DNA of 63,812 nucleotides, counting the filler, from Reticulomyxa filosa (taxonomy: Eukaryota > Protista > Foraminifera), in assembly GCA_000512085.1 (NCBI GenBank). It is 24 parts of 24 records of this genome, joined end to end, with 100 filler letters (N's around TTAATTAATTAA, not from the genome) between each part and the next. Parts side by side here need not be neighbours in the genome. Positions count along the whole stretch, not along the records: positions 36,120 to 39,884 come from ASPP01015935.1; positions 39,985 to 44,511 come from ASPP01021627.1; positions 44,612 to 47,336 come from ASPP01012114.1; positions 47,437 to 51,487 come from ASPP01033782.1; positions 51,588 to 59,450 come from ASPP01000045.1; 19 more parts are not named here. The stretch is one strand, 5' to 3'. Position numbers and translations under genes: made by a program. Within the stretch, counting starts at the first letter, position 1, and each line of letters opens with the position of its first letter. The notes beneath the pieces are model-generated. The model saw only the letters and a program-made list of their open reading frames with translations. It was not told the DNA's origin and ran no database searches. Positions 39,056 through 52,248 of the stretch are shown here, piece by piece.

Positions 39056-40199
39056 GCCTTTTGTGTCATTTACTAAATTTTCAAATGCTTGAAATATATT
39101 ATTTATTTCAATTAGAGCTTACATACAAGGTATTTTTCAAAATGATGGATTTATCCAAACTTAGATCTTTGCACACAAAGCTAGACAAAAGCTATAACTT
39201 TATAAAATTTTCAAAAAGAAAGTACTCACAAAATTGTGTCTTTTGTTCAAAATAAGTTATCTTATTTAAATAAAACATTTCATCGACACTTTAGTCAATA
39301 GCACCAAGTATTAATTTGAAAATACTATTTTTGTTGTTATTGTCAAACATTGCATGTCTTTTTAATGGGACAAGTTTTGTCAGCAACAAAGGAGTACGTG
39401 CAGACCCTGTTCTCCATTTTTCGAAACATACAAAAAGAGTCAAAAAATAAAAGTCACACGAGCAGTGAGAAAGTTATGCGGTGATTTTCCCACGTCTTTG
39501 TTTCGGATGTCCGTTTCAACAACATACATTGGCCCACATCTAATTTAAGTGGGGGAGGGAGGGAAAAAAACATCCAATTAACGTGCACAAAAACCCAGCA
39601 CGATAAGCAAAAAAAAAAAACGAACTTTCGTCAAAAACAATTTCAACTCTCCAAAAAACAAAAAAACAAAAACAAATAGGCTTTTCTCCAGCTTGTGGAC
39701 AACATTTTCGGTTTTATTTATTTGCATTGTATCCAACAAATCAGATTCAACGGCACAGCAAAAAAAAAAAAAAAAATGTAGTGAATAACACCAACAGCCG
39801 TGTTGAGATATTCTATTTTGACATCTATTCATCCAATCCAAATAGGAGATAGTTTAAAATGGAGAAGTTTTTTTTTTTTTTTTTNNNNNNNNNNNNNNNN
39901 NNNNNNNNNNNNNNNNNNNNNNNNNNNNTTAATTAATTAANNNNNNNNNNNNNNNNNNNNNNNNNNNNNNNNNNNNNNNNNNNNGCAAAAAAAACTAAAT
40001 AACACTTGAAAAAAACTATAAAGAACGAACAAAAAAAAAGGAACTTACAAACTCCCCTTCTTTTAAAAAACTAAAGGTGTTCTTCCGGTTTGCCTGTTTC
40101 ATAGAACTAAAAAAAACATTTTCAAATACTCTTTGGTGTTTTCACGTTTTGTTTTTATTTATCTTTTTCCTGCGTACTTCTTTGCTATTTATTTTGCAG

Positions 40200-41450
40200 A
40201 GATTTCTGCGCAAGCGCAGTTTGGACCTTATCTGCAAAGATAAAAAAACATCTCAAAGTTCCTTCTGATTTTAGTGACCACGTACACATCAAAGTTAATG
40301 CCCTTTTCTGGTGTATTATAAACATTTTTAAAGACATGACAAAGTGCTTTGTTTGTCAAAACTACTTTTTTTGTTGCTGCAGTATTCTGGAGAAGAAACA
40401 ATTTAAAACATTTTTTGATTTATCTAAATGAAGAAAATTTAAAAGAATTGAAGTATTGCATAAAAAGTACAGCTGTGTCTTTTTTTCATTTTCTTCTGTG
40501 TTTGCAAGGCAGCTACTTTCAAATGGACATTTGAAATTTTGCGAAAATATGTCACAAGTCCTATTTCGGTTGGCATTAATTGCCAATCGCAATTTTTGAA
40601 TATCAGTTAAGAATTTTGCACAATTGTCTAATAAGCGAACGATAGCGACATCTTTGTCAATAGCCTCCAACACAGTCCTTTGGTCAAACCTGTCATCTAT
40701 ATTTTCAATAAGATTATCACCATTGCCAATTTCAGCAATTTTCTGTCCAATTGTGTCAGCTCCAGTTTCTAGCCCAGCTCCAGCTGTTGATTGCGTGACA
40801 GTGTATTACTTGCTCCAGTAGCGGCGTTTGTGGTAACGCAATGGCCGAAGGAGCTCCTAAAAAGGACAGAGGCACATCCCTCAAGTTTTTGATTTCCAAG
40901 TGATGTTCTTGCGCTTATTTTTTTGCCTTTTTCTCTCCCTCCTCTTCATCCTGTTCATTACCCTTTGGAATCAGTTTATTGGGTCTCAAAATACCACCAC
41001 TCTCGTCATTGTCCTCACTATCGCTATCATACCCAGACTTCCCTCAGCGTTGTGTCTTATGCCAATGATACTTGCGTTTCCTCGACAAAGGTCTTTGTTC
41101 TGAATTTTTTTTACCATTTATGGAATATATACATATATTTTCATCTCACATGCCAAACAATTTTTTTAAAAGAAAAAGAAAATAACTATTTTCGACATCC
41201 AATTCGTTTTCTTGTTCGTCGGGCTGCAATCCATTGTCATCGTCTTTACCATCGACGGGGCCTTCAGGCGCACCCGAGAGCTTGTCATTGATTCTGTCCA
41301 TCCGATTCAGGACGAGCGCGGCTGTGCGTCCGGCGACTCGTTCCATGCGTTCCAGCCACAAGTGTTTGTCCTCTTACTTTGTCTTTGGGTCGGTGAGGGA
41401 CAAGCCGTCGTTTCCGCTCCAGTGTTAATCACCGAATTGTTCTCTTGATT
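40200..41450 (-). pseudogene. Disrupted multi-exon gene of unknown family
   Basis: Coding-like exons (WLERMERVAGRTAALV.., SDSEDNDES.., VLEAIDKDVAIVRLLDNCAKF) are interrupted by in-frame stops. Confidence 0.45.
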
Positions 41451-42596
41451 GATTTCGAACATATAATCCCAGTTTTGTATTTATAACAATGTGCCAACCA
41501 CCAGTGAGTTGAAATCGTCTAAACTTGATCAACGTATTATTTCCAACGAATAATTGACTTTTATCTATTGTCACAATTGTTGTTCCAATGTTGTTCGCAA
41601 ATGTTACTCCATATATTGACGAATTTTATAAATGTTATTTGGATCAAATATTTAATTTACCTTTACTAAATGTTACTTTGTTTAATAATGTCAATTCTTT
41701 AAAATTCTTTTTTAATGCAAGTCAACATGATATATACATATGCAAATTAAATCACATTATTTTTTTTAACACCTTCACTCCCCATCAAAAAAACTCTTTT
41801 TTTTTACTGAAAGTTTGTATACGTATCACTTTTATTTTTTTTCTCTCCCTTTACTCATCCATTTTTTTCTCCTTTTTTATGTCCCTAGTAAATATTTGTT
41901 AACTTCCAATTAGATCAAAGTGAGTGACTTGATTTGTGTGTAGAAAAAAGTGTATACACAGCAGTCCATACATCACTATAATCGATGATCTTACACTTTA
42001 TGCTACTTGCATGTAGTTGGTTGGGCGAAAACGTAGTTTTTGATTTTCTTTGTTGGCTGCTTTGTTGATAGTTTCGATGGTGATTTTGACTGTGGTTGGG
42101 TCGTTAGCGGTAACGTGAAAAAAAAGCAAAGAATTCTTTATTACCAAAATACTATCTTTTATACGACAAAAAATATTTTTTTGAAAAAAGGGATAACAAA
42201 AAAATACGTATATTTGTTTGTAATTTTGTAACAATTCACGCCGACGAAAGAGTGTTATGATTAATGTCGTGGCTGTTTGGTTTTGTATCGAGCATAGCAG
42301 TGCGTATCTCAAAGGAATGATCAATTACTATTTAGTTTGGTTCGATGATGTGCCATGTTCCAAAAAAAAAAATAAATAAAATGAAACATTAGAAAAATAT
42401 ATGAATCGATAGTGTAATTTTTGGATTGCTTTATCTGTTACCTAGTGTAGTGATGTTTTCATGAAATATTCAAATGATTGCAATGATAGATGCATGTTTT
42501 AAAAAATGTGTAGTAATTGAATACATACTAACAATTTTCCAAGAAATGAAGAAAAAAAAAAAAGTAGCACAGCGTAATGTATACAAAAGGTAATTT

Positions 42597-42982
42597 TTAT
42601 GCTTCCCACATCCGAACAAAGGTATTTCCATGAGGAGTGATAGTTGCATTAAACTCACCTGTGGAGGTTCCAATATCTTGATGTAGCCACAAATCCCTGA
42701 CTTGAACAACAGTGTTGCTATTCCAATCGGAATTGATTTTTTCCAAACTGATGCCAAATCCATGCTGACTGTTGCCCAAATTCAGTAGAACTACGGCGAT
42801 AGATCCGTCAGGCAGCATACGAGTCCATACTTGGCAAGCTTCCGAAACGTCGTCATCACAGTCTTGAGTTGAAATGCGATCTCCAGCAGGAGTGACATTT
42901 TTCCTTTTATGTATATATTTTATCAACATACACGAATAAAATGATTTTATACTTTTTTCTTGGTATTAATCATAGCAGGTAT

Positions 42983-43016
<34 letters not shown>

Positions 43017-44490
43017 TATGCGTGCTATTTATTTGTCTTAGAAGCAATACTTGATTGACAGCAATAATTTCAGTATTGAGCAGTACTTCATACATGATAT
43101 CGGTCATGTTGCGTACATCAGTCGCGACAAGCAAAGGAGAGGCAGTAATTGCCCAAATTGCAAACTCGGTTCGATATTCTGCACGAAGCACATTACCAAT
43201 AAAACTTTAAAGAAAGGCAAAAACAAAAAATTATGTACCTGTGTCAGTTTGGCCTGGACAATGGCTATGAACAACACCTAAGAAAAAGAAGAAACAAAAA
43301 GAGTAAATGAACAAATAGTTTTGATATCTGCAAAAAAAAAAAAAAAAAAAAAGTCAAATATTTTTGACTTGGACATACTTCTTATATACATATACATATA
43401 CATGTACATATATGTGTATATGTACATATGTATATACATATATGTACGCATAATAAATACTTAGAACAAAGGTTAACTAACCTGGCAACAAAGAAGGACA
43501 GCCTTGACCTCCCTTTGTATTTATGTGTTTACTTGTGTCCACTGGTATTTGTTAAGCCAAGTCAGCCACAAAACAAACAGATACGAGAAAACGAAACTGT
43601 CATCAAGAAATCGTTATCTAACGCGTGTTAATGCATATTTATACATTTTGTCACAAACATATTTTTTTGTTCAAAGGAAGAAGAAAAACTATATATATGT
43701 ACATATAAAGATTGATTGTATGAACATCACGCATATACAAATATATTTACATATATATATATATGTATATATATGTATATATATGTATATGCATATAAGT
43801 TATATAAGTATATACGTATATATGTATATATGTGATATAAAATGTGCTTAACAGGCCCAATTGTATTTGCCTGACATGCCCGTTTGCCCGGCGACATTTT
43901 GAATAGCGGAAAGAGTGGAAGACCATTGATCAGTATGATCTCCAGCGACTCTCCAGGAATTGGCGACTTGGGCGACATAAGGAGGAGGGGGATAGCCATA
44001 TCCTCGACAAAGCTCCAGCCATATGTGTCGGCCCGTTGCATTGAGCGCCTGCGAAAACTCGGTGTGTTGTTCGGTCGCATTGTACAAATCTTTTTTTTTT
44101 GTTTGTTTGATTATTTGATCAGTTGATTTCATTTGAGATGGAAAGAGATAAGAAGAACATACAACAAATAATAACAAATTATCATAAAATTGCAAAAAAC
44201 TAAGACAGTTTATTGTATTCTATTTTTTCTTGCAATACCATTGCCACACCAATCTATGTTTATAATATTTAGTCATATACACACATCAAATGGCTATCAT
44301 TCGGAAAAACTAATGCGATTTGCCGACACTTATTGTGCAACTTTGTAAAAAAAAAAAAAAAAATTTGTTTGGCATGTTATTTGTAAATGTGTTGATGCAA
44401 ACAAACCTATTTTCACATAATCGACTTGCCAATCAGCAAAAGTTTGGGCATCTTGTTGATAGTACCCATAAGACCCTGGTGGTTCTGTGA
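42597..44490 (-). CDS. Alpha-galactosidase / alpha-N-acetylgalactosaminidase, GH27 (5' partial)
   Basis: PGSYGYYQQDAQTFADWQVDYVK; SQALNATGRHI; ANSWRVAGD; EYRTEFAIWAITASPLL..DVR; EIIAVNQ; C-terminal beta-sandwich QVWTR.L.DG..AVVLLN..VRDLW..PHG. Confidence 0.95.
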
Positions 44491-44649
44491 TTTTATCCCC
44501 AAACACCCCCCNNNNNNNNNNNNNNNNNNNNNNNNNNNNNNNNNNNNNNNNNNNNTTAATTAATTAANNNNNNNNNNNNNNNNNNNNNNNNNNNNNNNNN
44601 NNNNNNNNNNNTTTTTTCTTTTCTTGGATCTTAAAAAAAAAAAAAAAAA

Positions 44650-47240
44650 AAATTAACTCTGTAAATGACAGTTTCTCCTCGAACACTTATTTGCCGTGGT
44701 CGATAGATTTCGATTTGCTCCGATTTTCCTTTGACAGTGATGGGGGGCAGCTTTTCAAAGTGCAAATTACGACAATCTTCACATTGTTCCTTGACATCTC
44801 TGGAAAGAAGAACGGCTGCACATCCAACCCAAACCCTTTTATTTATTTTTTTTTTTGAGAAAAGGGCCATTTGTGACCGACTCCATTTTTTTCCTCACTC
44901 AACTTCCCCCTTTTCTCCGAGGCCACCTTGAGTTTTCGGCTTCCCGGCATGCTGCATTAGACGAGCAGATAAATTAACCAAGTCGCCCAATACCCCGTAT
45001 TCACAACCAGATCCTCCTGATCCCAATAAACCACAATACACCCGACCCGTGGTAATTCCAATGTTCATTTGAATGTTAAGTATCCGTTTCATATCACTGA
45101 TTAAACTCAAAGCAGCATACACGGCTCTGGCCGGATCGTCAAAGTTACAAATCGGTGGCAATCCAAACACGGCAATGGCAGTCGCACCTTTATCGTCATA
45201 CATGAACTTGTTCAGTGAGCCTTCATAACGGTAAATATTAGCTTGAATGATCTCGATCACCTTTTGCAGTTTTTCGATCTTTATGTCTGCGAGAGAGGGT
45301 ATTTGCAGGTTTATGAACAGCACGGTCATTATGCGGATTTCTTGATGCCAAAAGCGAAACCTTGGAGCTAGACGTAATGATGCTGCTCGAGGAATGAAAT
45401 GATTCAACACTCGCATTTTGGGTAAAAAGGAAAGAATATCCACACGATTTCTTTTTTTTTTTTTTTTTGGAAAAAATAATAATAAAATGTTTGCAAAAAA
45501 AAAAAAAAAAAAAAAGATGATGACACAAATAAATATTAACACGTCAGGTCTTTGAGGCCTCATCTCCTTCGCTTGTTTTACAATCCTCCATGCACCTCCT
45601 TCCAACCATTCCGAAACGAAATGGGTGTGGTCACGAATGAAATGCTCGACTTCATTGCTGATGATAACATCACCCGGTCGTGCATAGTGTTCACTTCGGA
45701 ATGCCTGTGTCAGTGAAGGGCCGCACGCAAGATGTTCCAAGCGATTGAAATGTCCTCCTGTTTGTTTGATTATTTGTTTGTTTGATTATTTGTTTGTTTA
45801 TTTCGTTTCCAATGTTTGACAGGGGGGGGATAAGGGAGAGCCCAAGTCAATTCAAATGTGTGGCTTTTATAACAAGAGATATTTGGTAGAGACAAACTTA
45901 CCAACAAACACCACCTTGGTCAATCCATAACCAATTCCAATTTTAACAGATAACGATATTTCATTCGTCAATTTCGTTTTTTGCAAGTGCGCTTGAATAT
46001 TCAATCCGCATTGAATGGCGCGATGAACGCAGTCCCTTTGATACTCTTCTTTGGTAATCAGCGGTTCATTGTAATGGGGTGAGTTTTGATGACGCATGAA
46101 ATTGACATCCAAAAACGCAGAATGGCTATTCGGTGAATTTGGATTGTGTTTGATGGATTTTCTGCTCAATTTTTTTTCGTCAAAAGGCGGCCAGATGATT
46201 ATCATTGCATCCCCTGCAAATTTGAAGATGTCACCGCCCTCCTTGCCAACAATCCTGGCCACTTGCTCAAAGTATCGATTCATGTGATATGCAAGCTTTT
46301 CGCTTCCCCAAGGGCCTTCGTTTTCAAGGACCTCGCTCATCCTAGTGAAGCCGCTTACATCAATAAACATGGCCACTGTTTCGAAATCATTTCTAAAAGA
46401 TATATGCATTATTTTGGTTTGTTCGTTTATTTCATTTTGACAATTTTAACACATATACATATGTACATATACATACATATATATGTATATGTACATATAT
46501 ATACATACACATATATATATATGTATACATATATATATATATATATATACATATATTTGTATTAATAAGTGTAAGGCCTAAACTCCTCTGGACATTTGAC
46601 TTCGTGACTCTCTTCAAAACCTAGAATGATTTTTAACACCGTCTTTGGCAATAGCTGTTCGAACATATTTACATCTTTGATCGTCGCCTGCGTGATCATC
46701 TGTGTATTGGCTTCCTTGAATTGCAAGCCCATCGACGACAAGTTTGTGGTGGAAAGCAAGCGAGTAGGTTTTTTGACTCTGATTGTGTGACGGGGCTCGG
46801 CCTTGTTTTCCTCCTCGTTTGACGTGGACGATATTAGGCTATCACTGTGTATCACCACGCTCGATTCGGGAATTAAGTTTAGTGGAGACTTCATCGTTTT
46901 GTTATGTGCGGTGACTTGCACAGTTTCTTGTGCATGCAATTGGTGCATCGCCCTTGATGGGTTTTTTTTCGTCAAAATGCTTTGCAAGTGTTTCAATGAC
47001 AAAAACGCATGTTGTGCCGGGGACTGTGAGCATTATCACATACACCATATAATCTTTTTGTGTTCTCTTTCTCCTTGCTCCTCCCCCCCCCCCCTTTCCT
47101 TTTCCCCCTTATCACAAACTTAACATTTGATTTCGGGTCATTTTTCGTATATCTTCTCTTTTCGGTCAAGGTTCTTTTTTCTGCGATCGATAATGGCAAC
47201 GAGCTCCGTCTGCGCCTCTGTTCTCTCAATCAAATAACAT
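44650..47240 (-). CDS. Soluble adenylyl cyclase (ADCY10/sAC-like), tandem class-III cyclase domains (partial)
   Basis: C1: MFIDVSGFT..E.L..G.EKL..GGDIFKFAGDA..KIGIG.G. C2: EIRIMTVLF..EGSLNKFMYDDKG..FGLPP..GITTG.VYCG..EYGVLGDLVNLSARLM, then ITVKGK. Confidence 0.93.
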
Positions 47241-47436
47241 TACAAGCGATGTTTTGTTTTTTTTTTTTTCCTTCTCTTCTTCCCCTTCCTCCCCCCCTTT
47301 CTGTTGGCTCCTTTCTTTCCCCTTTGTTCCCACCCCNNNNNNNNNNNNNNNNNNNNNNNNNNNNNNNNNNNNNNNNNNNNTTAATTAATTAANNNNNNNN
47401 NNNNNNNNNNNNNNNNNNNNNNNNNNNNNNNNNNNN

Positions 47437-47850
47437 TAAATTTTCCTTCTAATTCACCAGATCTAAATCCAATTGAGAGCATTTGAAAAATTATATAAAT
47501 GCGAAAAAACTAACAACAAACAATAACTTTGTGAAAACTTTGAAAAAATATTTGAAAAAACTGTGGGACTTGTGAGAAGACTAAGTGTAATACGAAAGGA
47601 ACTTAGTTCCAAAAGAACAATTTCAGTAAAAAGAAAGTAAATTAAAAAGAATAATAACAATTAAAATGAAAGAAACAAGTACAACGAGAGAAAAGTGAGT
47701 TGTGTAAAGAAGAAGGTTTTAACCCACTGGGGGTCCCACCGTTCCGTTAGTAGTTGGTGATTTGTAATAGGGACTTTCCCTACAAAACTGACATTAAACT
47801 ATGCTAAGCTTTAGTTGAGCCATGGCACAATGAAAATCAACAAAATACTA
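47437..47850 (+). mobile_element. Tc1 transposase relic interrupted by a solo LTR
   Basis: FPSNSPDLNPIESI*K before the LTR; a C-terminal-like DIKLC*ALVE after it. Confidence 0.75.
47562..47784 (+). mobile_element. Solo LTR copy 1 (223 bp), TSD AAAC
   Basis: Ends are TGTGGGA...TCCCTACA; AAAC at 47558-47561 and 47785-47788. Confidence 0.85.
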
Positions 47851-48286
47851 AAAATATTACAAAAAAAAATCTTTAAATAAAAAATTTTTTTTTAAAAATT
47901 TCAAAATTTTGTTGAAAATTATAAAAGATACAAGGCTAATCTTTTTTAAAAAAGTGTCTACGTGACTTGAAGGTTCCTAAAATGAAAACAAAAATATTAA
48001 AAAATTTCTTATTTTCAATACATGTTCAATTTATATGAACTCCTTCGAAATTTTTAAAAATCATTTGAAAAAATCATATTTTTGATAAACTAGGAAAAAC
48101 TTATCATGAAACCAATTTCGTATTTAAAAACTACAAGATTAGTAGATGATTTTAAAAAATAGTACTTGTCATGATTGCAAAGGCCTTTGTTTTTTTAAAA
48201 TAAGTCACTTTAGATAAAGTATTAAATCCTTTTCTTTCGTGTTATAACAAAAAAAAAATTGTATTAGTCTGGGTGAGACTTGCACT

Positions 48287-48510
48287 TGTGGGACTTGTGA
48301 GAAGACTAAGTGTAATACGAAAGGAACTTGGTTCCAAAAGAACAACTTCGGTAAAAGAAAGTAAATTAAAAAGGAATAATGACAACTAAAAAGGATAAAA
48401 ACAAGCACAAAGAGAGAAAAGTGAGTTGTGTTGAGAAGAGGGTTTTAACCCACTGTAGGTCCCACCGTTCCGTTAGTAGTTGGAGATTTATAATATGGAC
48501 TTTCCCTACA
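48287..48510 (+). mobile_element. Solo LTR copy 2 (224 bp), TSD CACT
   Basis: Collinear with copy 1; CACT at 48283-48286 and 48511-48514. Confidence 0.85.
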
Positions 48511-48714
48511 CACTCACATCCATGCGAACTATCATCAGGATTTTTATTACTAAGGAATCAATCTCACTAGAGGGAGTGGAGCCGAACGTAGAGTTTAGAT
48601 ACACCAACCACATCTCGTGCAGGAGATTGAGTAAAAATTTGCACAAGACAAAAAACTCTTTCCCGTTTCAAAAAAAAATCACCTTTTTTTTTTAAGTATC
48701 GATCCCAACATCAA

Positions 48715-48950
48715 ATGTCTTCTAAAGCCATTGTGACAATTGGGTCAAAAAAATATAGACTGAACTTAACGAATTTGATGGTTACAGATTTGAAAGAACA
48801 AATAGTATAAGTGAGCAAAAGTGAACAACGGAGTAATGAATTGATAAAAGTTACTGACGCAGACGGATTTGATATTGCAACAAACCAACATCTTAGAAAA
48901 CTTGTTAAAGATGGCCACCTTCTTTTCTTTGCTGAATTTCAGCCAAGTTA
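48715..48950 (+). pseudogene. PB1/ubiquitin-fold-like first exon with an in-frame stop
   Basis: MSSKAIVTIGSKKYRLNL..DLKEQIV*...KVTDADGFDIATNQHL. Confidence 0.4.
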
Positions 48951-49984
48951 TTTCTTTTATTTCAAGAGTACATAGCCGTTGTGATTAACATCTTGCAAAT
49001 AAATTAGTCTAACTGAAAACAGTTTAAAACGAAATAAAATTTGTTAAATTTATTTTACAATGAAAAGAAAAATGCCCAAAAACATTAACTATGTGAAATG
49101 AATGTTGAACAAATTAACTACAAAAACTGTTTTCGTTGCATCCAAAAACAGAATAGCACACAAATATGAAGTAATCTGTTCGCAATCACATTAATTAATA
49201 AATGTTCAAGTGTCTTGTCCATAGATAACTTGACTTTGCACGTCAATTTTAATTTATAGATTTCTGATCAAAACAATGAAGTAATTATAATTATTATTTG
49301 TTTTCTTTTAAATTTAAAAAATTTATTATGTGGAATTGAAAATACTGTAAACTGATTAATATTCATAAATTATATTATAAAAGTAAACATAAATAATATG
49401 AATATAGAAAGTAAGTACTATTTGAAAATAGGAACTAGTTTTGTGAATTAAATTTACACAATACATAATAAATTATTTGAATTTCAATATAAATATAAGT
49501 ACATTGACATAATATGCTATATTAATATATTAAATTGAAGAATAATATAATAGTTAATGATAATCCTTAATGTTAAGTATAGACTGCACTTTTAAGCTAC
49601 AAGTAATTTTAATTATATTAACGACAATTATAATTCAGTTACAAGAAAATGATTTTTTTATTTCACAAAAAAAATTCATAATACAATGTATTTTCATTTG
49701 AACAAACGTGATACTTTCCAAAGGTCTACTGGTTTGTTTTTGACAAATAACATAATTTTATGAAACAAATACTATAACAATTATTAGCATATAATGATAT
49801 TTCTTGTTTCAAAAAAAATTGTAGATTGTGAATTTTGTTTTGCATATGAAAAGATATGATAGTTGGAAATTTAATGCAATGGCAAAAAAAAAAAATAAAA
49901 GTATTGTCCTGCCAATTGTAACAACAGACAAGACCAACGATTAGGAATATAATTTATTTGTTTATAGACTAAGTGATCGAAGAA

Positions 49985-51482
49985 TCACAAGGCCATATGA
50001 GATAGATTGAGGACTGTATTTAGAGGCATAAGTACTCCTCTGTTATCACTGCAACGGTTGTGCAAAGTTGTTCCAGAAGCCACAACACGATCTGTGATGA
50101 CTTCCAAAAAGTCTCGATGAATTCCTACTACAGTCCCTAAAGCTCCAAAAGGGATTCCAAAATCACTTCTCAGTGAACACACACGATCACCCAAACGATA
50201 ATTTTGATTACCACTACTGGGAGACCAAGCAATGTTAGGATCACTTGGGTACACATCGGCCATCGCAGCTTTCAGCAGTTTTACTCGTCGTGGTTGTTTT
50301 TGCATTTGTTCCTTGTCTACAAGTATGCATACATACATATAAATTAATGTCTATAAATGTAAATAATGATATAAATATATACACATATAAATATATTGAT
50401 TCAACAGTAATGGTCTGCTGTGTTTTGAACAGCAAAGATAGTATCTTTTTCCAATACAACAGCATCCATTTCAATTAATGGAAGTTGAGCTATTTCTTGC
50501 TGCTTTAGCCACTTGACGATGCCGACGAGATATTGGAATCCTTCTGCTTGTTGTATTTGTTTCAGTTGCTTTTTTTTTTCTTTTTCTTCATCGTTTGGCG
50601 ATGGAGAAGGCGAAGCGGAGGAATGTGATATGGACAGTGTTTCATCGGGCTCAGAGTCTGACACCACTTCCGTGTCTTCTCGTCTAGCCATCGTTTTTTT
50701 TGATTTTTTTTTGGGATGATTTCCTGACGGCGGTTTCAATTTGGTGTGCTTCTCGTGATTTTGTCTCTTCGTCTCTTCAGTGTGTGTTGATTTCTGGGAG
50801 TCTTCCTTTCGTGTGTCAGTTCTTCCATTATCTTGAGAATGAAGGCTCGGCCCACTTTTCTCTTCACTAACGTCCAATTTCTTGCTATCTTTTTCTGGAA
50901 CATCTGCCAAGCTCGTTTTTTTTTTTTTTTTGAAGGGGGAGGGGGGGGGGAGGAACACGTAGAAACAATTTTTTTTTTTAAAAAAAAAAGAGAACCCAAA
51001 AAATAGCACATTTAAACAACGTTTCAAAATATTATGATTATTTTTTAAAACAAAGCATAAACTTTGGTTGCTGCAAACTGTTCCGACGAAAACTTGAATT
51101 CTGTCGTGGTATCTAATAACTCAAAAACGAGAGGGAATTGTTGCTTATATTTGATCAACAAATCCACACACTTTTGTGAAAATTCGATTTGGTAACGCTC
51201 AGAGCTATTACGGTCATGGGAGAATGAGGAGGCGGAGGGTATAGCCCGAACATATTCAGGAGTGATCAACTGTTGCGCGGTAAGTTTGATTTTCAAACCT
51301 ATCTCCAACTCTTCGTCGTAATGTCTGACGATGATCACTCCGCAAATTCGCGACAACACACTCGGGGTGATGTCAACCAACGCCGCTGTATTTTCGAACG
51401 AAAAGTATTTCAATGCCTTGTATTTGCGCGCTTGAATGACATCATGTCCAAAGTTGACCAGCTCAAAGCGTTTGGTCACACG
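49985..51482 (-). CDS. XRN1: XRN1 C-terminal domains (winged helix, SH3-like)
   Basis: VLSRICG...EIGLKIK....PEYVR..EFSQKCVDLLIKYKQQFP; YRLGDRV....IPFGALGTVVGI...EVITD....GTTL..RC...RG......VLNLS. Confidence 0.88.
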
Positions 51483-51724
51483 TATGTNNNNNNNNNNNNN
51501 NNNNNNNNNNNNNNNNNNNNNNNNNNNNNNNTTAATTAATTAANNNNNNNNNNNNNNNNNNNNNNNNNNNNNNNNNNNNNNNNNNNNATAATCATTTTGT
51601 TTTAGCAAAGGGAAGGGGAAGGGTAGGGTGGAAAAAAAAAAAGTAAATAAAATACATATACATATATGTAATATATGTATATGTGTTTTATTTAGTTTCA
51701 AAAAAAAAAAAAAAAAAGTGTTGC

Positions 51725-52248
51725 ACAAAACGTGTCGGCAAAAATGTGGCGTCATCGTATTTGACAGCCGTGGTATCGTTAACACATTTTTCAATGGTAT
51801 TGGAAATATCCCAAAGTGTGCTCCCATCGGACGCTTGCATGGAACGCAACAACTTATTCCCCACTACAAACAACATGTTAGACGTCGGATGGGCAATCAC
51901 TCGTGTGAAACTTCGCAGCAAAGATAAGTCCATTGGCGGCGCTGGGGATGGCCATTTGCTGAACCATTTCGTCTCCTTCACACTATCCGAGTCCTCGTAT
52001 GCTGCCACGTACGAAAAGTAGCTGTCCGATTTCGCAGAGTCTGCAAAGTCACCTGCGACTAACACATAATGCGCGTATTTCGAATAGCTCACACTGTTCG
52101 CGTTACTAAAGTTTGTTGTTAATTGCGGGATGGGAGACGGTGTTGCCAATGCAGAAAGCTCGGCTAAGCATTGTGAGGTATTCGTTTGGTGCCCTTTGCT
52201 ATATGCACAAAACAATAATTGCACGAAAAATAATAATATTGGTGTCAT
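51725..52248 (-). CDS. Secreted protein, possible beta-propeller (first exon; 3' partial)
   Basis: Signal-peptide-like MTPILLFFVQLLFCAYS; N-glycosylation sequons; PQQ-like ASDGSTLW. Confidence 0.6.

Noticed and set aside
43380-43851. Short Y/I/C/M-rich ORFs (also near 6543, 8122, 36889, 46432)
   Set aside because: They translate intronic (TA)n/(TATG)n microsatellites.
47562-48510. Two LTRs flanking a single TRIM-like element
   Set aside because: Each copy has its own TSD, the outer flanks (AAAC vs CACT) differ, and no PBS or PPT is visible.
48379-48570. ORF shared with 54049-54240 (SCVEKRVLTH...) as a small gene family
   Set aside because: The shared part lies within the LTR, and the frame is stopped in copy 1.
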